Notes: a model not told the origin generated them from the letters alone. Positions 18,703-30,237 are shown, numbered from the whole stretch's first letter. The stretch: 62,526 nucleotides of DNA, filler included, from 4 parts of 4 records of this genome joined end to end with filler, not necessarily neighbours in it, one strand, 5' to 3'. Made by a program: numbers and translations.

Positions 18703-21225
18703 TTACTTTTTAGTATTTGTTTTCTTAGTTGTTGCTTTCTTTTTGGCAGGCGCTTTCTTTTTGGCTGCTGCCTTTTTCTTAGGCGCCTTCTTTTCAATTA
18801 AATCTTTCACCGCTTCAAGCGTTAATTTTGTAGCATCAACATCTTTAGAAAGCTCTATTTTTGTTTTCCCTTTTATAATATTAGAACGTCCCCATCGTGC
18901 TTTTTCCACACGGATTCCTTCTTCTTCCCAATTATGAATTACTTTTTCTCGCTCTTTCTTAAGCTTGTCTTCAATAAGTTCTTCAATATCGGCTTGTGAA
19001 AGGTTATCGAAATCGTATTTTTTATTGACATTGATAAACATTCCGTCCCATTTAATAAAAGGACCAAAACGCCCAACTCCTTTAGTAACATCTATATCTT
19101 TATAACTTGCTATTGGAGCATCTGCTTTTTTCTTCTGAAGGATGAGCTCTTTTGCACGATCCATATCTACTTCAAAAACATCTTCTCCTTTTTCTAAGGA
19201 AACAAAACTTTTTCCAAAACGAACATACGGTCCAAAACGCCCAACATTAACCTCAACTTCTTCTCCTTCAAATGTTCCTAACTGACGTGGAAGCTTAAAT
19301 AAATCTAGAGCTTCATCAAAGGTAATAGTATCTATAGACTGGTCTGGCAATAAACTGGCAAACTTAGGCTTCTCTTCCTCTTCCGCAGTTCCTATTTGCG
19401 CCATCGGCCCAAAGCGACCTAAACGCACGCTTAACTGTCTTCCTGTTTGCGGATCTTTCCCTAAAACTCGTTCTCCACTTTCACGCTCGGCATTTTCTTC
19501 TACATCTTTTACATTTGGATGAAAATCTTTATAGAAGTTCTCAATCATCTTTGTCCAATCTTCTTCTCCAGAAGCAATATCATCAAAACTCTGCTCTACT
19601 TTTGCCGTAAAATTATAATCTAGAATTCCTGAAAAATGATTTACCAAAAAGTCATTTACAATCATTCCAATATCTGTAGGCACTAATTTACCTTTATCAG
19701 AACCCACATTCTCTGTTAGGCTCTCTTCTTTTATTTTATTATTCTCTAAAGTAAACTGAACATATGCACGCTCCACTCCATCAATAGTTCCACGCTCCAC
19801 ATACCCTCTATTTTGAATAGTTGAAATAGTTGGCGCATAAGTAGACGGGCGACCTATACCTAGCTCTTCCAGTTTTTTAACCAAAGAAGCCTCTGTATAT
19901 CTGTATGGCGGACGCGTAAACCGTTCTGTTGCGGTAATATAATTATCATAAACAGTCTCTCCAACTTTTAAAGCTGGCAACATTCCTGCTTGCTCTTCAT
20001 CTTCATCATCGGTTCCTTCTAAATAAACCTTTAAAAAACCTTCAAATTTTAATACCTCTCCATTTGCTGTAAACAATTCGGAATGCTTATCTGCTTCAAT
20101 CTTAACATTTGTTCGCTCTAATTGAGCATCACTCATTTGAGAAGCCAAGGTTCTTTTCCAAATCAATTCATACAAACGTGCTTGATCTCTATCTATTTGA
20201 ACACGATGACGTGTCATATCTGTAGGACGGATAGCTTCGTGAGCTTCTTGCGCTCCTTTAGATTTTCCTGTATAATTTCTCGGCTTGCTAAATTCTTTAC
20301 CATAAGATTTTATAATCTCATCTTTTGCCGCTTCAACAGCCTCACTAGACAAGTTTACACTATCTGTTCTCATATATGTTATAAGTCCAGCTTCATATAA
20401 ACGTTGCGCCATATTCATGGTTTTTCCAACCGAGAAATACAACTTACGAGAAGCTTCCTGTTGTAAAGTTGAAGTTGTAAAAGGTGCTGCAGGTGTTTTT
20501 TTAGCTGGCTTCGTATCTAAATCGGCTATTTTGAAATTAGCACCTACATTGGTATCAAGAAAAGCTTTTGCTTCTTCTTTCGATTTAAAACTCTTATTAA
20601 TTTTAGCTTTAAAAGTTTTCCCTTCTTCATTTTTAAATTCAGCAACAATTTTAAAAGAAGCTTCAGGAGTAAACTCTTTAATTTCTCGTTCTCTTTCTAC
20701 AATTAAACGTACAGAAACAGATTGCACTCTCCCTGCGGAAAGTCCAGTTTTAATCTTTTTCCATAACACAGGAGAAAGCTCATACCCCACCAATCTATCT
20801 AAAACCCTTCTTGCCTGTTGTGCATTTACCAAATTATAATCTATGGTACGCGGATTCTCAATAGCTTTTTGAATAGCACTTTTGGTAATTGAATTAAAAA
20901 CAATACGCTTAGTCTTACTTGCATCAAGCTTCAACTCTTCTGCTAAGTGCCATGCAATAGCTTCCCCTTCTCGGTCTTCATCACTTGCTAACCAAACCAT
21001 TTCAGCGGTTTTTGCAAGGTCTTTTAATTTCTTAACAACCGATTTTTTATCAGAAGAAACGATGTATTTAGGTTTAAAATCCTTTTCTACATCCACCCCC
21101 AATTCTCTCGAAGGAAGGTCTGCTATATGCCCAAAGCTAGAAGCTACCGTATAATCTTTTCCTAAAAATTTCTCGATAGTTTTCGCTTTCGCAGGGGACT
21201 CAACAATAACCAAATTCTTTGCCAT
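18703..21225 (-). CDS. topA: DNA topoisomerase I
   Basis: LVIVESPAKAK, DEDREGEAIAWH, SAGRVQS, ITYMRTD and AQEAHEAIRPT; Lys/Ala-rich tail. Confidence 0.98.
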   Translation of the reverse strand: MAKNLVIVESPAKAKTIEKFLGKDYTVASSFGHIADLPSRELGVDVEKDFKPKYIVSSDKKSVVKKLKDLAKTAEMVWLASDEDREGEAIAWHLAEELKLDASKTKRIVFNSITKSAIQKAIENPRTIDYNLVNAQQARRVLDRLVGYELSPVLWKKIKTGLSAGRVQSVSVRLIVEREREIKEFTPEASFKIVAEFKNEEGKTFKAKINKSFKSKEEAKAFLDTNVGANFKIADLDTKPAKKTPAAPFTTSTLQQEASRKLYFSVGKTMNMAQRLYEAGLITYMRTDSVNLSSEAVEAAKDEIIKSYGKEFSKPRNYTGKSKGAQEAHEAIRPTDMTRHRVQIDRDQARLYELIWKRTLASQMSDAQLERTNVKIEADKHSELFTANGEVLKFEGFLKVYLEGTDDEDEEQAGMLPALKVGETVYDNYITATERFTRPPYRYTEASLVKKLEELGIGRPSTYAPTISTIQNRGYVERGTIDGVERAYVQFTLENNKIKEESLTENVGSDKGKLVPTDIGMIVNDFLVNHFSGILDYNFTAKVEQSFDDIASGEEDWTKMIENFYKDFHPNVKDVEENAERESGERVLGKDPQTGRQLSVRLGRFGPMAQIGTAEEEEKPKFASLLPDQSIDTITFDEALDLFKLPRQLGTFEGEEVEVNVGRFGPYVRFGKSFVSLEKGEDVFEVDMDRAKELILQKKKADAPIASYKDIDVTKGVGRFGPFIKWDGMFINVNKKYDFDNLSQADIEELIEDKLKKEREKVIHNWEEEGIRVEKARWGRSNIIKGKTKIELSKDVDATKLTLEAVKDLIEKKAPKKKAAAKKKAPAKKKATTKKTNTKK

Positions 21226-21319
21226 AAAGCCATTTTTTAAGATTACAAAAGTATACAGATTTTTTAACTTCCAATACTTTCCGTTTTTTTAAGCAATTAA
21301 AATACCCATAAAATCATAG

Positions 21320-21351
21320 AAAAGCCTTTGCTAAACAGCAAAGGCTTTCTC
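21320..21351. terminator. Hairpin AAAGCCTTTGCT-AAAC-AGCAAAGGCTTT
   Basis: Perfect 12-bp IR downstream of the 21463-22230 gene. Confidence 0.65.
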
Positions 21352-21462
21352 TTTATATTTTGATAGTGAAGTGAGTTTAATTATACTAATACTCGCATTT
21401 TCGAGTACTTAGAAATTAATTTTAAACTCCTTTTTTACTTCACTTAAATAATTGACATTTTC

Positions 21463-22230
21463 TTAAACTTCGGAGGTACCAATTTGAGATATTTCATTAT
21501 CATCATCAAAACCTACCGCTTCTTTGTACACCAAATAAGTTGGTAAATAGGTAAAAGATGCTGTAAATAAAAGTCCAATTCCACAAAGTATCATCCCTAC
21601 CATTTGAGCCAAAAAGCTAGAAACTACAATTAAACCAAAGGTTATTAACCACTTTTTATTCCCTAGTTTAAAACTAGCCTTCAACGTTTCTTTAGCACTT
21701 AACTCTGGATTAAAAGCAAATATAATGGAAATAAAGGCCAAAGGAACCGATACATATATTACAGGAAAAACACATAAAAGTGTTGCCAATAACGCTATTA
21801 CTAATGAGAAAAATGACAGCTTAAAAAGTTTCCCTAAATAAGGTTTCTTTAAAAACATAAACAAACTATTATTTTCTACTTCCCTATTTAAGTCTTTACT
21901 CCTTACAATTTTATAAAAGCCAGCCATAAGTCCTAAAGATATAGTTTGAATAATTAAAAGCACTGGAAGCAGTAATAGAAAGAAAGGAATCATTGCGGCT
22001 GGAGACATTTCCGAGCTCATTTCCGAATTATAAGATTGAGCCATTGCAGCGCCAATAATTGGAACATAAAGTATCATTAACGCAGGAAGCATTAATAAAA
22101 AAGTAACAATTACTAGTAACACTCCTTGCCCCCAAGTTTTTTTAAACAACTCAATTGCCTTTCCAAAAACAGACCCAAAGTCGATAGATTTACTGCTTTC
22201 AATTTTTTCTAATAGAAGATTAAAATTCAT
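21463..22230 (-). CDS. Conserved hypothetical integral membrane protein
   Basis: 255 aa, several TM helices, GMILCGIGLLFT motif. Confidence 0.8.
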   Translation of the reverse strand: MNFNLLLEKIESSKSIDFGSVFGKAIELFKKTWGQGVLLVIVTFLLMLPALMILYVPIIGAAMAQSYNSEMSSEMSPAAMIPFFLLLLPVLLIIQTISLGLMAGFYKIVRSKDLNREVENNSLFMFLKKPYLGKLFKLSFFSLVIALLATLLCVFPVIYVSVPLAFISIIFAFNPELSAKETLKASFKLGNKKWLITFGLIVVSSFLAQMVGMILCGIGLLFTASFTYLPTYLVYKEAVGFDDDNEISQIGTSEV

Positions 22231-22424
22231 TTTTATTTTTTCTGATGGATTAGTCGCACGAAATTAATATTATTTTTTCGAACCAAATTAAAAAAGACCA
22301 TTTAAAAATAAAGCCAAGAATCTCCCCCTCAACTCGCCCTAAAAAACTATACCCGACTCTTTTTAAACATGCTTTTAGACTAAACCCCATAAAGCTTTAA
22401 AAACCTCTGAAATATTTTAAATAT

Positions 22425-23660
22425 TTATAACTCAAATTCACTTACTAATTCCAATCCGTTTTCTAAATAACTATATTGATATAATGTACCATCTCCTATC
22501 ATTATTAAATTATTGGCTAATGGAATTACGTCGTAAGCTTTTTCAACATCATAAGTTTCTAGTAACTTAACCGAAGGAACATCTTTTTTATCAAAAACTT
22601 TAAGTCCAGCATCCCCATCACACACATACAATTTATCGTTTTTAACTCCTAATCCATAAGGTTCCTCTAGAGTGTAAGACGATTTTTCAACTGGATTCAT
22701 AATGTCTGAAATATCTATCACTCGCAAACTACTATTTATAGCACCACAAAAATTCCCTCCTCTTAAGGTTACAAAGGCATAATCTCCATCCACCACAACA
22801 GGATCGCAAGAGGTAACATGTCTAAATTCTGAAACAAAACTAGGAACTGCAGGTGTTTTTATATCATATATATACAAGCCATTCATACTCCCAAGAAACA
22901 AGTACTCCCCTCTGTTAAATATAGTTTCGATATCAAAACCAGCTTCAACAGATTCTTTTTTCTGAGGCGTATTCAAATTAGAAATATCAAAAACATTAAT
23001 ATTGCTATAATCTACAGCATACAAATAATTATTTACAATTTTAAACCTCGCCAAAGAGCCTCCTTGTCCAGTTTCAGAAGAAGAAAAACTTTCACTAAAA
23101 GCAGCATTAGACACATCATAATAAACAGGATTATCTTCTATCTTTCTTCGCTCTTCTTTTATATCCCAACCAACTACTATCGCTTTTTGATCTTGCGGAT
23201 AGGTATTATAATTAATATAAGTAGCATCCACAGGATAAGGAGCATAATAAGGAAAAACGTCTTCTAATCTTTCTACTTCTTTTATTTCAGTTAGATTAGA
23301 AATATCAAAAACCACCAAATCCATATAACTATCTACATACAGATAATCTCCTTTAATTTCCATATCGTTACTTCCAAGCACTTTTAAGAAGGCTGTTTTT
23401 TGAGGATTTGCAGGATTCGTATTATCTATTAAATGAATTCCTTCTTTTTTATCGTTTATCAAAATTAAATGGTCTTTTACATAAACCTTTCCAGACTCAG
23501 AGATGTTTTGCGGCGGAAGTACAGAGATAGAGTTTCGCAATTCCGCAACACTCATTGTTATTGCAGATGCAACTTGCACAGTTTCATAATCATCGTCATT
23601 TGCACAAGAAACAAACACAAGCAAAGACAACAAACACAGTAGTAACTTATTAATTTTCAT
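22425..23660 (-). CDS. LVIVD-repeat beta-propeller lipoprotein
   Basis: Lipobox FVSC; repeated IDISD/FDISN units; GQGGSLARF and SCDPVVV motifs. Confidence 0.85.
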   Translation of the reverse strand: MKINKLLLCLLSLLVFVSCANDDDYETVQVASAITMSVAELRNSISVLPPQNISESGKVYVKDHLILINDKKEGIHLIDNTNPANPQKTAFLKVLGSNDMEIKGDYLYVDSYMDLVVFDISNLTEIKEVERLEDVFPYYAPYPVDATYINYNTYPQDQKAIVVGWDIKEERRKIEDNPVYYDVSNAAFSESFSSSETGQGGSLARFKIVNNYLYAVDYSNINVFDISNLNTPQKKESVEAGFDIETIFNRGEYLFLGSMNGLYIYDIKTPAVPSFVSEFRHVTSCDPVVVDGDYAFVTLRGGNFCGAINSSLRVIDISDIMNPVEKSSYTLEEPYGLGVKNDKLYVCDGDAGLKVFDKKDVPSVKLLETYDVEKAYDVIPLANNLIMIGDGTLYQYSYLENGLELVSEFEL

Positions 23661-23734
23661 TGGTTTTGGTTTTTTGGTTATTTCCTCATAGATTCAAATT
23701 AAGTTAAAAAGTTGCGTTAAATTTACGCTGACAA

Positions 23735-23767
23735 TTTGTCACTACACCAAATATAATCTTATCTTTG
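23735..23767 (+). promoter_or_regulatory. Bacteroidota housekeeping promoter (-33 TTTG / -7 TATCTTTG) for miaB
   Basis: TTTG at 23735-23738, 21-nt spacer, TAnnTTTG at 23760-23767. Confidence 0.65.
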
Positions 23768-23794
23768 CATCCAAATTGATTTTTTAAGGATACG

Positions 23795-25240
23795 ATGGAG
23801 AAGATTATTGACGAAAACAAACAAGGTAATAGTTTAGTTTTAGAGCAAGAAGTAACCAATTCTAGAAAGCTTTATATTGAAAGTTATGGGTGCCAGATGA
23901 ATTTTTCTGACAGCGAAATTGTTGCTTCCATCTTGGCAAAAGAAGGTTTTAATACCACCGAGAAAATGGAAGAAGCCGACCTTGTGTTGGTAAACACATG
24001 TTCTATTAGAGATAAAGCTGAGCAAACTGTACGCAAGCGTTTAGAAAAATTTAATGCCGTAAAACGTATTAATCCGAAAATGAAAGTTGGCGTTCTTGGC
24101 TGTATGGCAGAACGTTTAAAAGATAAATTTCTAGAAGAAGAAAAAATTGTAGATATGGTTGTAGGCCCAGATGCCTACAAAGATTTACCTAACCTTGTAC
24201 AAGAAATTGGCGAAGGAAAAAATGCAGTAAACGTAATTCTTTCCAAAGAAGAAACCTATGGAGATGTTGCTCCTGTACGTTTAAATACCAATGGGGTTAG
24301 CGCCTTTGTATCTATTACTCGTGGTTGTGATAATATGTGTACATTTTGTGTGGTTCCTTTTACCCGCGGGAGAGAACGTAGCCGAGATCCACAATCTATT
24401 TTAGAAGAAGTAAAAAATCTTGCCGAACGTGGTTTTAAAGAAATTACCCTACTAGGACAAAATGTGGATAGCTATTTATGGTATGGTGGCGGACTCAAAA
24501 AAGATTATGATAAAGCTTCGGATATGCAAAAAGCAACTGCAGTAAATTTTTCAGAATTACTATCTCTTGTTGCGGAAGCACATCCAAAAATGCGTATTCG
24601 TTTTTCAACTTCCAACCCTCAAGATATGACATTGGATGTTATTGAAACAATGGCAAAACATAAGAATATATGTAAGCATATCCATTTACCAGTACAAAGT
24701 GGAAGTAATAGAATTTTAAAAGAAATGAATCGTCTTCATACCCGTGAAGAGTATTTTGAATTGATAGATAATATCCGAAAAATCCTTCCTGAGTGTTCTG
24801 TTTCTCAAGATATGATTATTGGTTTTCCTACAGAAACTACCAAAGACCATGAAGACACTATGGATTTAATGGAACATGTAAAATACGATTTCGGTTATAT
24901 GTTTACGTATTCGGAACGCCCGGGAACACTTGCAGAACGAAAATTAGAAGACGATGTTCCAGAAGAAACTAAAAAGAGCAGACTTACAGAAATTATAAAC
25001 CTTCAGCAAAAACATAGCGCCTTCCGTACTAAGCAAAATTTAGGCAAAACGGTAGAAGTACTTATTGAAGGGAATTCTAAAAAATCTGATGCACATTGGA
25101 TGGGACGTACCTCACAAAACACGGTTACTGTTTTCCCAAAAGAACAATATAAAATTGGAGAATTTGTTAATGTTAAAATCAACGAATGTACAACTGCAAC
25201 CCTTATTGGCGAAGCTATTGGATATTCGGAGAATAACTAA
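23795..25240 (+). CDS. miaB: tRNA-2-methylthio-N6-dimethylallyladenosine synthase
   Basis: YGCQMN, NTCSIR, radical [19 protein letters not shown] and a C-terminal TRAM domain. Confidence 0.97.
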   Translation: MEKIIDENKQGNSLVLEQEVTNSRKLYIESYGCQMNFSDSEIVASILAKEGFNTTEKMEEADLVLVNTCSIRDKAEQTVRKRLEKFNAVKRINPKMKVGVLGCMAERLKDKFLEEEKIVDMVVGPDAYKDLPNLVQEIGEGKNAVNVILSKEETYGDVAPVRLNTNGVSAFVSITRGCDNMCTFCVVPFTRGRERSRDPQSILEEVKNLAERGFKEITLLGQNVDSYLWYGGGLKKDYDKASDMQKATAVNFSELLSLVAEAHPKMRIRFSTSNPQDMTLDVIETMAKHKNICKHIHLPVQSGSNRILKEMNRLHTREEYFELIDNIRKILPECSVSQDMIIGFPTETTKDHEDTMDLMEHVKYDFGYMFTYSERPGTLAERKLEDDVPEETKKSRLTEIINLQQKHSAFRTKQNLGKTVEVLIEGNSKKSDAHWMGRTSQNTVTVFPKEQYKIGEFVNVKINECTTATLIGEAIGYSENN

Positions 25241-25267
25241 AAACAACTTCCTAAAAACAAAATAAAC

Positions 25268-26173
25268 ATGGAGAGTGTTCAAGCTACAAAACAACGTTTT
25301 GGTATCATCGGAAACGATGTAAAACTAAATCGTGCTATTGAAAAAGCCATTCAAGTTGCCCCTACCGATATTTCTGTATTAATTACAGGAGAAAGTGGCG
25401 TTGGGAAGGAAGCACTTCCAAAAATTATACATTCGCTTTCTCATAGAAAACATGGGAAATTTATAGCAGTAAACTGTGGTGCAATTCCAGAAGGAACAAT
25501 TGATTCTGAGCTTTTTGGGCACGAAAAAGGAGCCTTTACAGGAGCTACACAAACTAGAAGTGGATACTTTGAGGAAGCAGATGGCGGAACTATTTTTTTA
25601 GATGAAGTAGGAGAACTTCCACTTACCACACAGGTTCGACTATTAAGAGTACTTGAAAATGGAGAATTTTTAAAAGTAGGATCTTCAAAAGTTCAAAAAA
25701 CGGATGTTCGTATCGTAGCTGCTACCAATATCAATATGTTTGAAGCTATTGAAAAAGAGAAGTTTCGTGAAGATTTATACTACAGATTAAGCACTGTAGA
25801 AATACATTTGCCTCCACTTAGAGAGCGTAAAGACGATATCCATTTACTTTTTAGAAAATTTGCTTCAGATTTTGCTCAGAAATACAAAATGCCAACCATC
25901 CGTTTAGAAGAAGATGCTGTTCAACTTTTAAACAAATACCGATGGAGCGGAAATGTACGTCAGCTTAGAAATATTGCTGAACAAATTTCAGTTTTAGAGC
26001 AAAATAGAGCTATTACTTATGATACTTTAAAGGGATACCTTCCAGATGCTGGCAGTAATTTACCAGCCGTTATTAAGAATCAGAAATCGGAAAGCGATTT
26101 TAGTAGCGAGCGTGAAATTCTTTATAAAATCCTTTTTGATATGAAAGGAGATTTAAACGATTTAAAGAAACTT
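25268..26173 (+). CDS. Sigma-54 interaction domain (AAA+) protein, truncated by contig end
   Basis: GESGVGKE, GAFTGA, FLDEVGE, FREDLYYRL and WSGNVRQL. Confidence 0.93.
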
Positions 26174-26273
26174 NNNNNNNNNNNNNNNNNNNNNNNNNNN
26201 NNNNNNNNNNNNNNNNNTTAATTAATTAANNNNNNNNNNNNNNNNNNNNNNNNNNNNNNNNNNNNNNNNNNNN
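26174..26273. other. Artificial contig linker (N-run/TTAATTAATTAA/N-run)
   Basis: 100-bp spacer containing stops in all frames. Confidence 0.99.
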
Positions 26274-26315
26274 TCATGCCTGCCTGTGGCAGACAGGCTG
26301 AGGCACGAAGCATCT
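26274..26315. repeat. Nested REP-like palindromes at contig start
   Basis: TCATG[CCTGCCTGTGGCAGACAGG]CTGAGGCACGAAGCATCT. Confidence 0.55.
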
Positions 26316-26378
26316 CAATTATTACATCCACTCGTACCTGAACGGAGTATTTAACCACTTCTCATTATCTTCAACCCC

Positions 26379-27704
26379 ATGAAGCGAAGAGCATGCGTGA
26401 TTGGTGCCGGGCCTTCCGGTATTACGGCTTTGAAAAACATTCTGGATGAAGGGATAGAGGCCGTCTGTTTCGACCGCAATGACCGTGTAGGTGGTAATTG
26501 GATTTATAGCGAGAAACCCAGCCACTCCAGCGTGTTTGAAACCACGCACATCATCAGCTCAAAGTTGCTTTCCCAGTACGAGGACTATACGTGGGAGGAT
26601 CATGGCGAAGAGGTGGCGGATTATCCCAGCCATCAGCAGCTGGCGAGTTACTTTCAGGGGTATGCCCGGCATTTTGATCTGCTTGATCACATCCAATTTG
26701 AGACGACCGTCAAACATGCTGAACGCATTACCGAAACAGAGTGGAAAGTCACGATCGAAAATAAAGACGGCCAGCACGAAGAAGTCTTTACCGATTTGGT
26801 CGTTTGCAATGGACATCACTGGAATCCGCGCATGCCGGAATATCCGGGCACATTTGATGGCGAGTTTCTCCATTCACATGATTTCAAAAAAGCCGAGCCT
26901 TTCCGAGATAAGCGAGTGCTGGTGATCGGCGGTGGAAACTCCGCCTGCGACGTAGCGGTGGAAACTAGCAGGGTGAGTAAAAAAACCAGTATCAGCTGGA
27001 GGCGTGGCTATCGCATCATTCCAAAATTTATGTTTGGAAAGCCTTCGGATGTCGTTGGTTCCGGTATGACCTGGCTGCCGGTAAAAATCAGGAGTCTGCT
27101 TTCACAATTGCTCATCCGTATCTTCATTGGTCCGAATAAAAACTACGGACTGCAGGAACCGGATCACAACTTTGGTCAGACCCACCCGGTGATCAACGAT
27201 GAGTTGCTTTATCGCATTCGGCATGGTAAGGTTCACCCGAAAGTAGACATTGAAAGACTGGACGGGCATACGGTCCATTTCAAGGATGGAAGCAACGAAG
27301 ATTTTGATGTGATCATTGCTTGCACAGGATTCATCATCTCTCACCCATTTCTGGATGACTCCCTGGTCAATTACAGTGATGGGCCGGTTCCCTTGTATTT
27401 AAAAATGATGCATCCAACCATGGACAATTTATTCTTCGTTGGGCTTTTTCAACCACTGGGATGCATCTGGCCCGGTGCAGAATTGCAATCCAAGATTATT
27501 GCCCGACAGCTTTCCGGCAAATGGAAGCGACCAAAGAATATGGAGAAGCTAACTGAGAAAGAAGTATCCAACCCACACTATAATCAACTTAATACCCCAA
27601 GACACACGATTACGGTCGATTACCATGTTTTCAGAAGGCAGCTACTGAATGAGCTCCCGAAAGACTGGGTTTCTAAAGAAAGAAAGGATTTACAGCTTGC
27701 CTGA
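26379..27704 (+). CDS. Flavin-containing monooxygenase (FMO family)
   Basis: GAGPSG, FDGEFLHSHDFK (FxGxxxHxxxF/Y), GGGNSACD and ACTGF. Confidence 0.93.
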   Translation: MKRRACVIGAGPSGITALKNILDEGIEAVCFDRNDRVGGNWIYSEKPSHSSVFETTHIISSKLLSQYEDYTWEDHGEEVADYPSHQQLASYFQGYARHFDLLDHIQFETTVKHAERITETEWKVTIENKDGQHEEVFTDLVVCNGHHWNPRMPEYPGTFDGEFLHSHDFKKAEPFRDKRVLVIGGGNSACDVAVETSRVSKKTSISWRRGYRIIPKFMFGKPSDVVGSGMTWLPVKIRSLLSQLLIRIFIGPNKNYGLQEPDHNFGQTHPVINDELLYRIRHGKVHPKVDIERLDGHTVHFKDGSNEDFDVIIACTGFIISHPFLDDSLVNYSDGPVPLYLKMMHPTMDNLFFVGLFQPLGCIWPGAELQSKIIARQLSGKWKRPKNMEKLTEKEVSNPHYNQLNTPRHTITVDYHVFRRQLLNELPKDWVSKERKDLQLA

Positions 27705-28697
27705 TCACCTTTTCTTTGCAAAAGATGTTACTATCCCGAATTTGATCCCGGTCACATTCGTTTGATCAACATGGTAGAAGGGAATAGATACTACCGTAAA
27801 TATGCGAAGGTTCACTGTTGAGTTCCTGTTGATCAGGTAGCCGCCTCCAATATAAGCACCTATCCCAGACTCAGATTCTTTGTCTCCCCATTCCGCATCC
27901 TCCTGCCTGATGGTGGTGTATCCATATTCCATCCCTCCGTTTAAAAAGAAGGTCGAACGCTTTCGTGTGAGCGGATACGTTACCCCCAGGGATACTCCAC
28001 CGCTTTGCATTTTCTGACCCGGATTGCTATGATTGATGGAAATGGTAGAAGAAGGAAATAGCTCAAAATCAAAATTGAAAAGTACCGTAGATGCATCGTA
28101 GGTATACGCCAGGCCAAAACCGGATAAGGTGCTTTCATTTGGGATAGCCTTTCCACCAAGCATTACACCGACAAAATGATTGACCTTCATCTGCGCCAGC
28201 TCTACTCCCTGCTGATCATAGGTTGTTACTTCGTCAATTTCAATATCTGTCTTGGCCGTTCTATCCATAAAAAAAGATCGACCCAGACGAGACAATAAAG
28301 GATCCAGATCTTGTTCGGCTGCTCCTTTGGCCATGTCGTGCCAGACTTGCTCCATGCTGGCTGTCTCATACACACCAAGTGAAATAATGTAGACTCCCTG
28401 CAGGAAATGAATTTCCCCTCGCATAAAGAACCGAGCTTTTTGCTCCGTGGCATTGGCAACTGATTGCTGTAGCGATTCACGACTCAGGTATCCTTCGCCT
28501 CCGATGCGCTCGTCAAGCAGGATGGTATAGCTGTGGTTGTCTTCGATATACGATTTAATAAGCTTAGAAGTAGAGTACTGCAGGCCCGCAGTGGGTTCTT
28601 CCACATTGATCAGTTCAAAGCCGGGAAAGTAAACGACATTCTGGGCGGTAGCTAGCTGAAAACAGAGTGAACAGAGCAGAAATACATAGGCTTTCAT
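27705..28697 (-). CDS. Secreted/outer-membrane protein with probable C-terminal beta-barrel
   Basis: Signal peptide (ATA-Q); alternating beta-strand pattern in the C-terminal half. Confidence 0.7.
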   Translation of the reverse strand: MKAYVFLLCSLCFQLATAQNVVYFPGFELINVEEPTAGLQYSTSKLIKSYIEDNHSYTILLDERIGGEGYLSRESLQQSVANATEQKARFFMRGEIHFLQGVYIISLGVYETASMEQVWHDMAKGAAEQDLDPLLSRLGRSFFMDRTAKTDIEIDEVTTYDQQGVELAQMKVNHFVGVMLGGKAIPNESTLSGFGLAYTYDASTVLFNFDFELFPSSTISINHSNPGQKMQSGGVSLGVTYPLTRKRSTFFLNGGMEYGYTTIRQEDAEWGDKESESGIGAYIGGGYLINRNSTVNLRIFTVVSIPFYHVDQTNVTGIKFGIVTSFAKKR

Positions 28698-28815
28698 GTT
28701 GGCTGTGGGTTTGTGTTTGCTCTAAGGGACTTCATACAGGAACAGCCCCCAATGACGGGATCAAAAAGTGAAAATAAAGTTTGAATGCTTAGGGGAAACG
28801 AGGATTTCTCCTGCC

Positions 28816-29550
28816 TTATGCGTTTTTCCCTGATTCAGCTTCTCTCGCTATGGTCTTGTCCACTTGCGCCTGCATCTGCTCGAAAGTGGCATAGCCATGA
28901 GCGACCATAAACAGCTGATCCTGGTGCAGCAAAACGATGGTGGGGTAGCCCTGTACGCCCCACTGACGATTCAGCATAAACTCATTTCGGGTTTCGTATC
29001 GCACTTCTTCGCTTTCGAATCTTTCAAGGAATTTCTGATAGTCCACACCAAACTTCTCACAGATGCTTTGGTAGAATTCGTTAGTTCCGGGATCTTCTGA
29101 TTCCACGTAAAATTTGCGTTGAATTTCCTCAAAGAACTCCATCTCCTGCTCATTCACAAGCGGGCGAGCAGCTACCACTGCCCGACAAGCAGGCTCTGTG
29201 TCGTAATTGAAATCATCTCGCTCCATCAGCTTGTAGCCGAATGGTTGTCCACTCATTTCGGTTACATGGCCCCAATGCTCCTTTAGAAAATCTTTCATCT
29301 GATCGTTCCATGAGTCGCCCCCGCCAGGTCTAAGTCCGCCGACAACAACTCGATAGCCTACTTCCTTGTCGCGGTAATGATCACGAAGTTTGATTAGAGC
29401 AGGTGATATCCCCCAGCACCACGAGCACATGGGATCGCCTATGTAGATGATCTCCGTCTTTTCTGTCAGCTTATCCTGACCGATGGATTGGAGGTCCTCA
29501 AAGGTTGATGGTGTACAAATGCCGGTTTCGGGATCGCAATATGGGTTCAT
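28816..29550 (-). CDS. DsbA-family (thioredoxin fold) protein
   Basis: DPMCSWCWG CxxC motif and GVQGYPT cis-Pro loop. Confidence 0.9.
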   Translation of the reverse strand: MNPYCDPETGICTPSTFEDLQSIGQDKLTEKTEIIYIGDPMCSWCWGISPALIKLRDHYRDKEVGYRVVVGGLRPGGGDSWNDQMKDFLKEHWGHVTEMSGQPFGYKLMERDDFNYDTEPACRAVVAARPLVNEQEMEFFEEIQRKFYVESEDPGTNEFYQSICEKFGVDYQKFLERFESEEVRYETRNEFMLNRQWGVQGYPTIVLLHQDQLFMVAHGYATFEQMQAQVDKTIAREAESGKNA

Positions 29551-29673
29551 GCAATGCTAAACACTCCATATGACGATTGAGTTTGCATGCTCTTCGATTT
29601 AAAGAGTTAATCAGTAGATTGTTTCTAAATCAAAGGGAACCTTTTGTCACTTCCATCGACTAGAGGTTAGCAA

Positions 29674-30237
29674 ATGAAAACTTCGGATCAAATAATTGAG
29701 GAATGGTTGGTGATTAATTGCCAGGCCGGAGATCGGAAAGCCTTCGAATTATTGGTGAAACGATGGAATCCCAAAATGCTGAACAGGGTATACCATACGA
29801 CCAAAGATGTAGATGCAACAAAGGACATTGTGCAGGATGCATGGGTTACAATTTTCAGGAAAATGAAAACCTTAAAAGATCCGGGAGCATTTCAGGGTTG
29901 GTCGCTGCGCATTGCTACCAATCTTGCAATAAGTTGGATTCGATCCAATCAGGTCAATAGAAAAAGAGAAGACATCCGAAAGACCGCTCAGGAAGAGTTT
30001 GCAGAGTCTAATCAAAGCACAAAGGAAGAAGCACTCGAAAAACTAAGACTTGCGATTGAGCAATTACCAGAAGAGCAAAGGGAAGTGATCCGCCTGTTCT
30101 ATCAGGAAAACCTGACACTGATCACCATCGGGGGATTCTTGAAACTCCCTATTGGAACAGTAAAATCCAGGCTCTCTCGTGGACGAAAACATTTGAAAGG
30201 AATATTAGAAACAAAACGGTATCAAGATGAAAAATAA
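29674..30237 (+). CDS. ECF RNA polymerase sigma factor
   Basis: Region 2 (DIVQDAW, AFQGWSLRIATN) and region 4 (LPEEQREVI, PIGTVKSRLSRGR). Confidence 0.93.
   Translation: MKTSDQIIEEWLVINCQAGDRKAFELLVKRWNPKMLNRVYHTTKDVDATKDIVQDAWVTIFRKMKTLKDPGAFQGWSLRIATNLAISWIRSNQVNRKREDIRKTAQEEFAESNQSTKEEALEKLRLAIEQLPEEQREVIRLFYQENLTLITIGGFLKLPIGTVKSRLSRGRKHLKGILETKRYQDEK

Noticed and set aside
26174-26273. TTAATTAATTAA palindrome in N-runs (also at 37263 and 53113) and ORFs running into X residues
   Set aside because: Artificial all-frame-stop linker, so ORF ends or starts inside it are artefacts.
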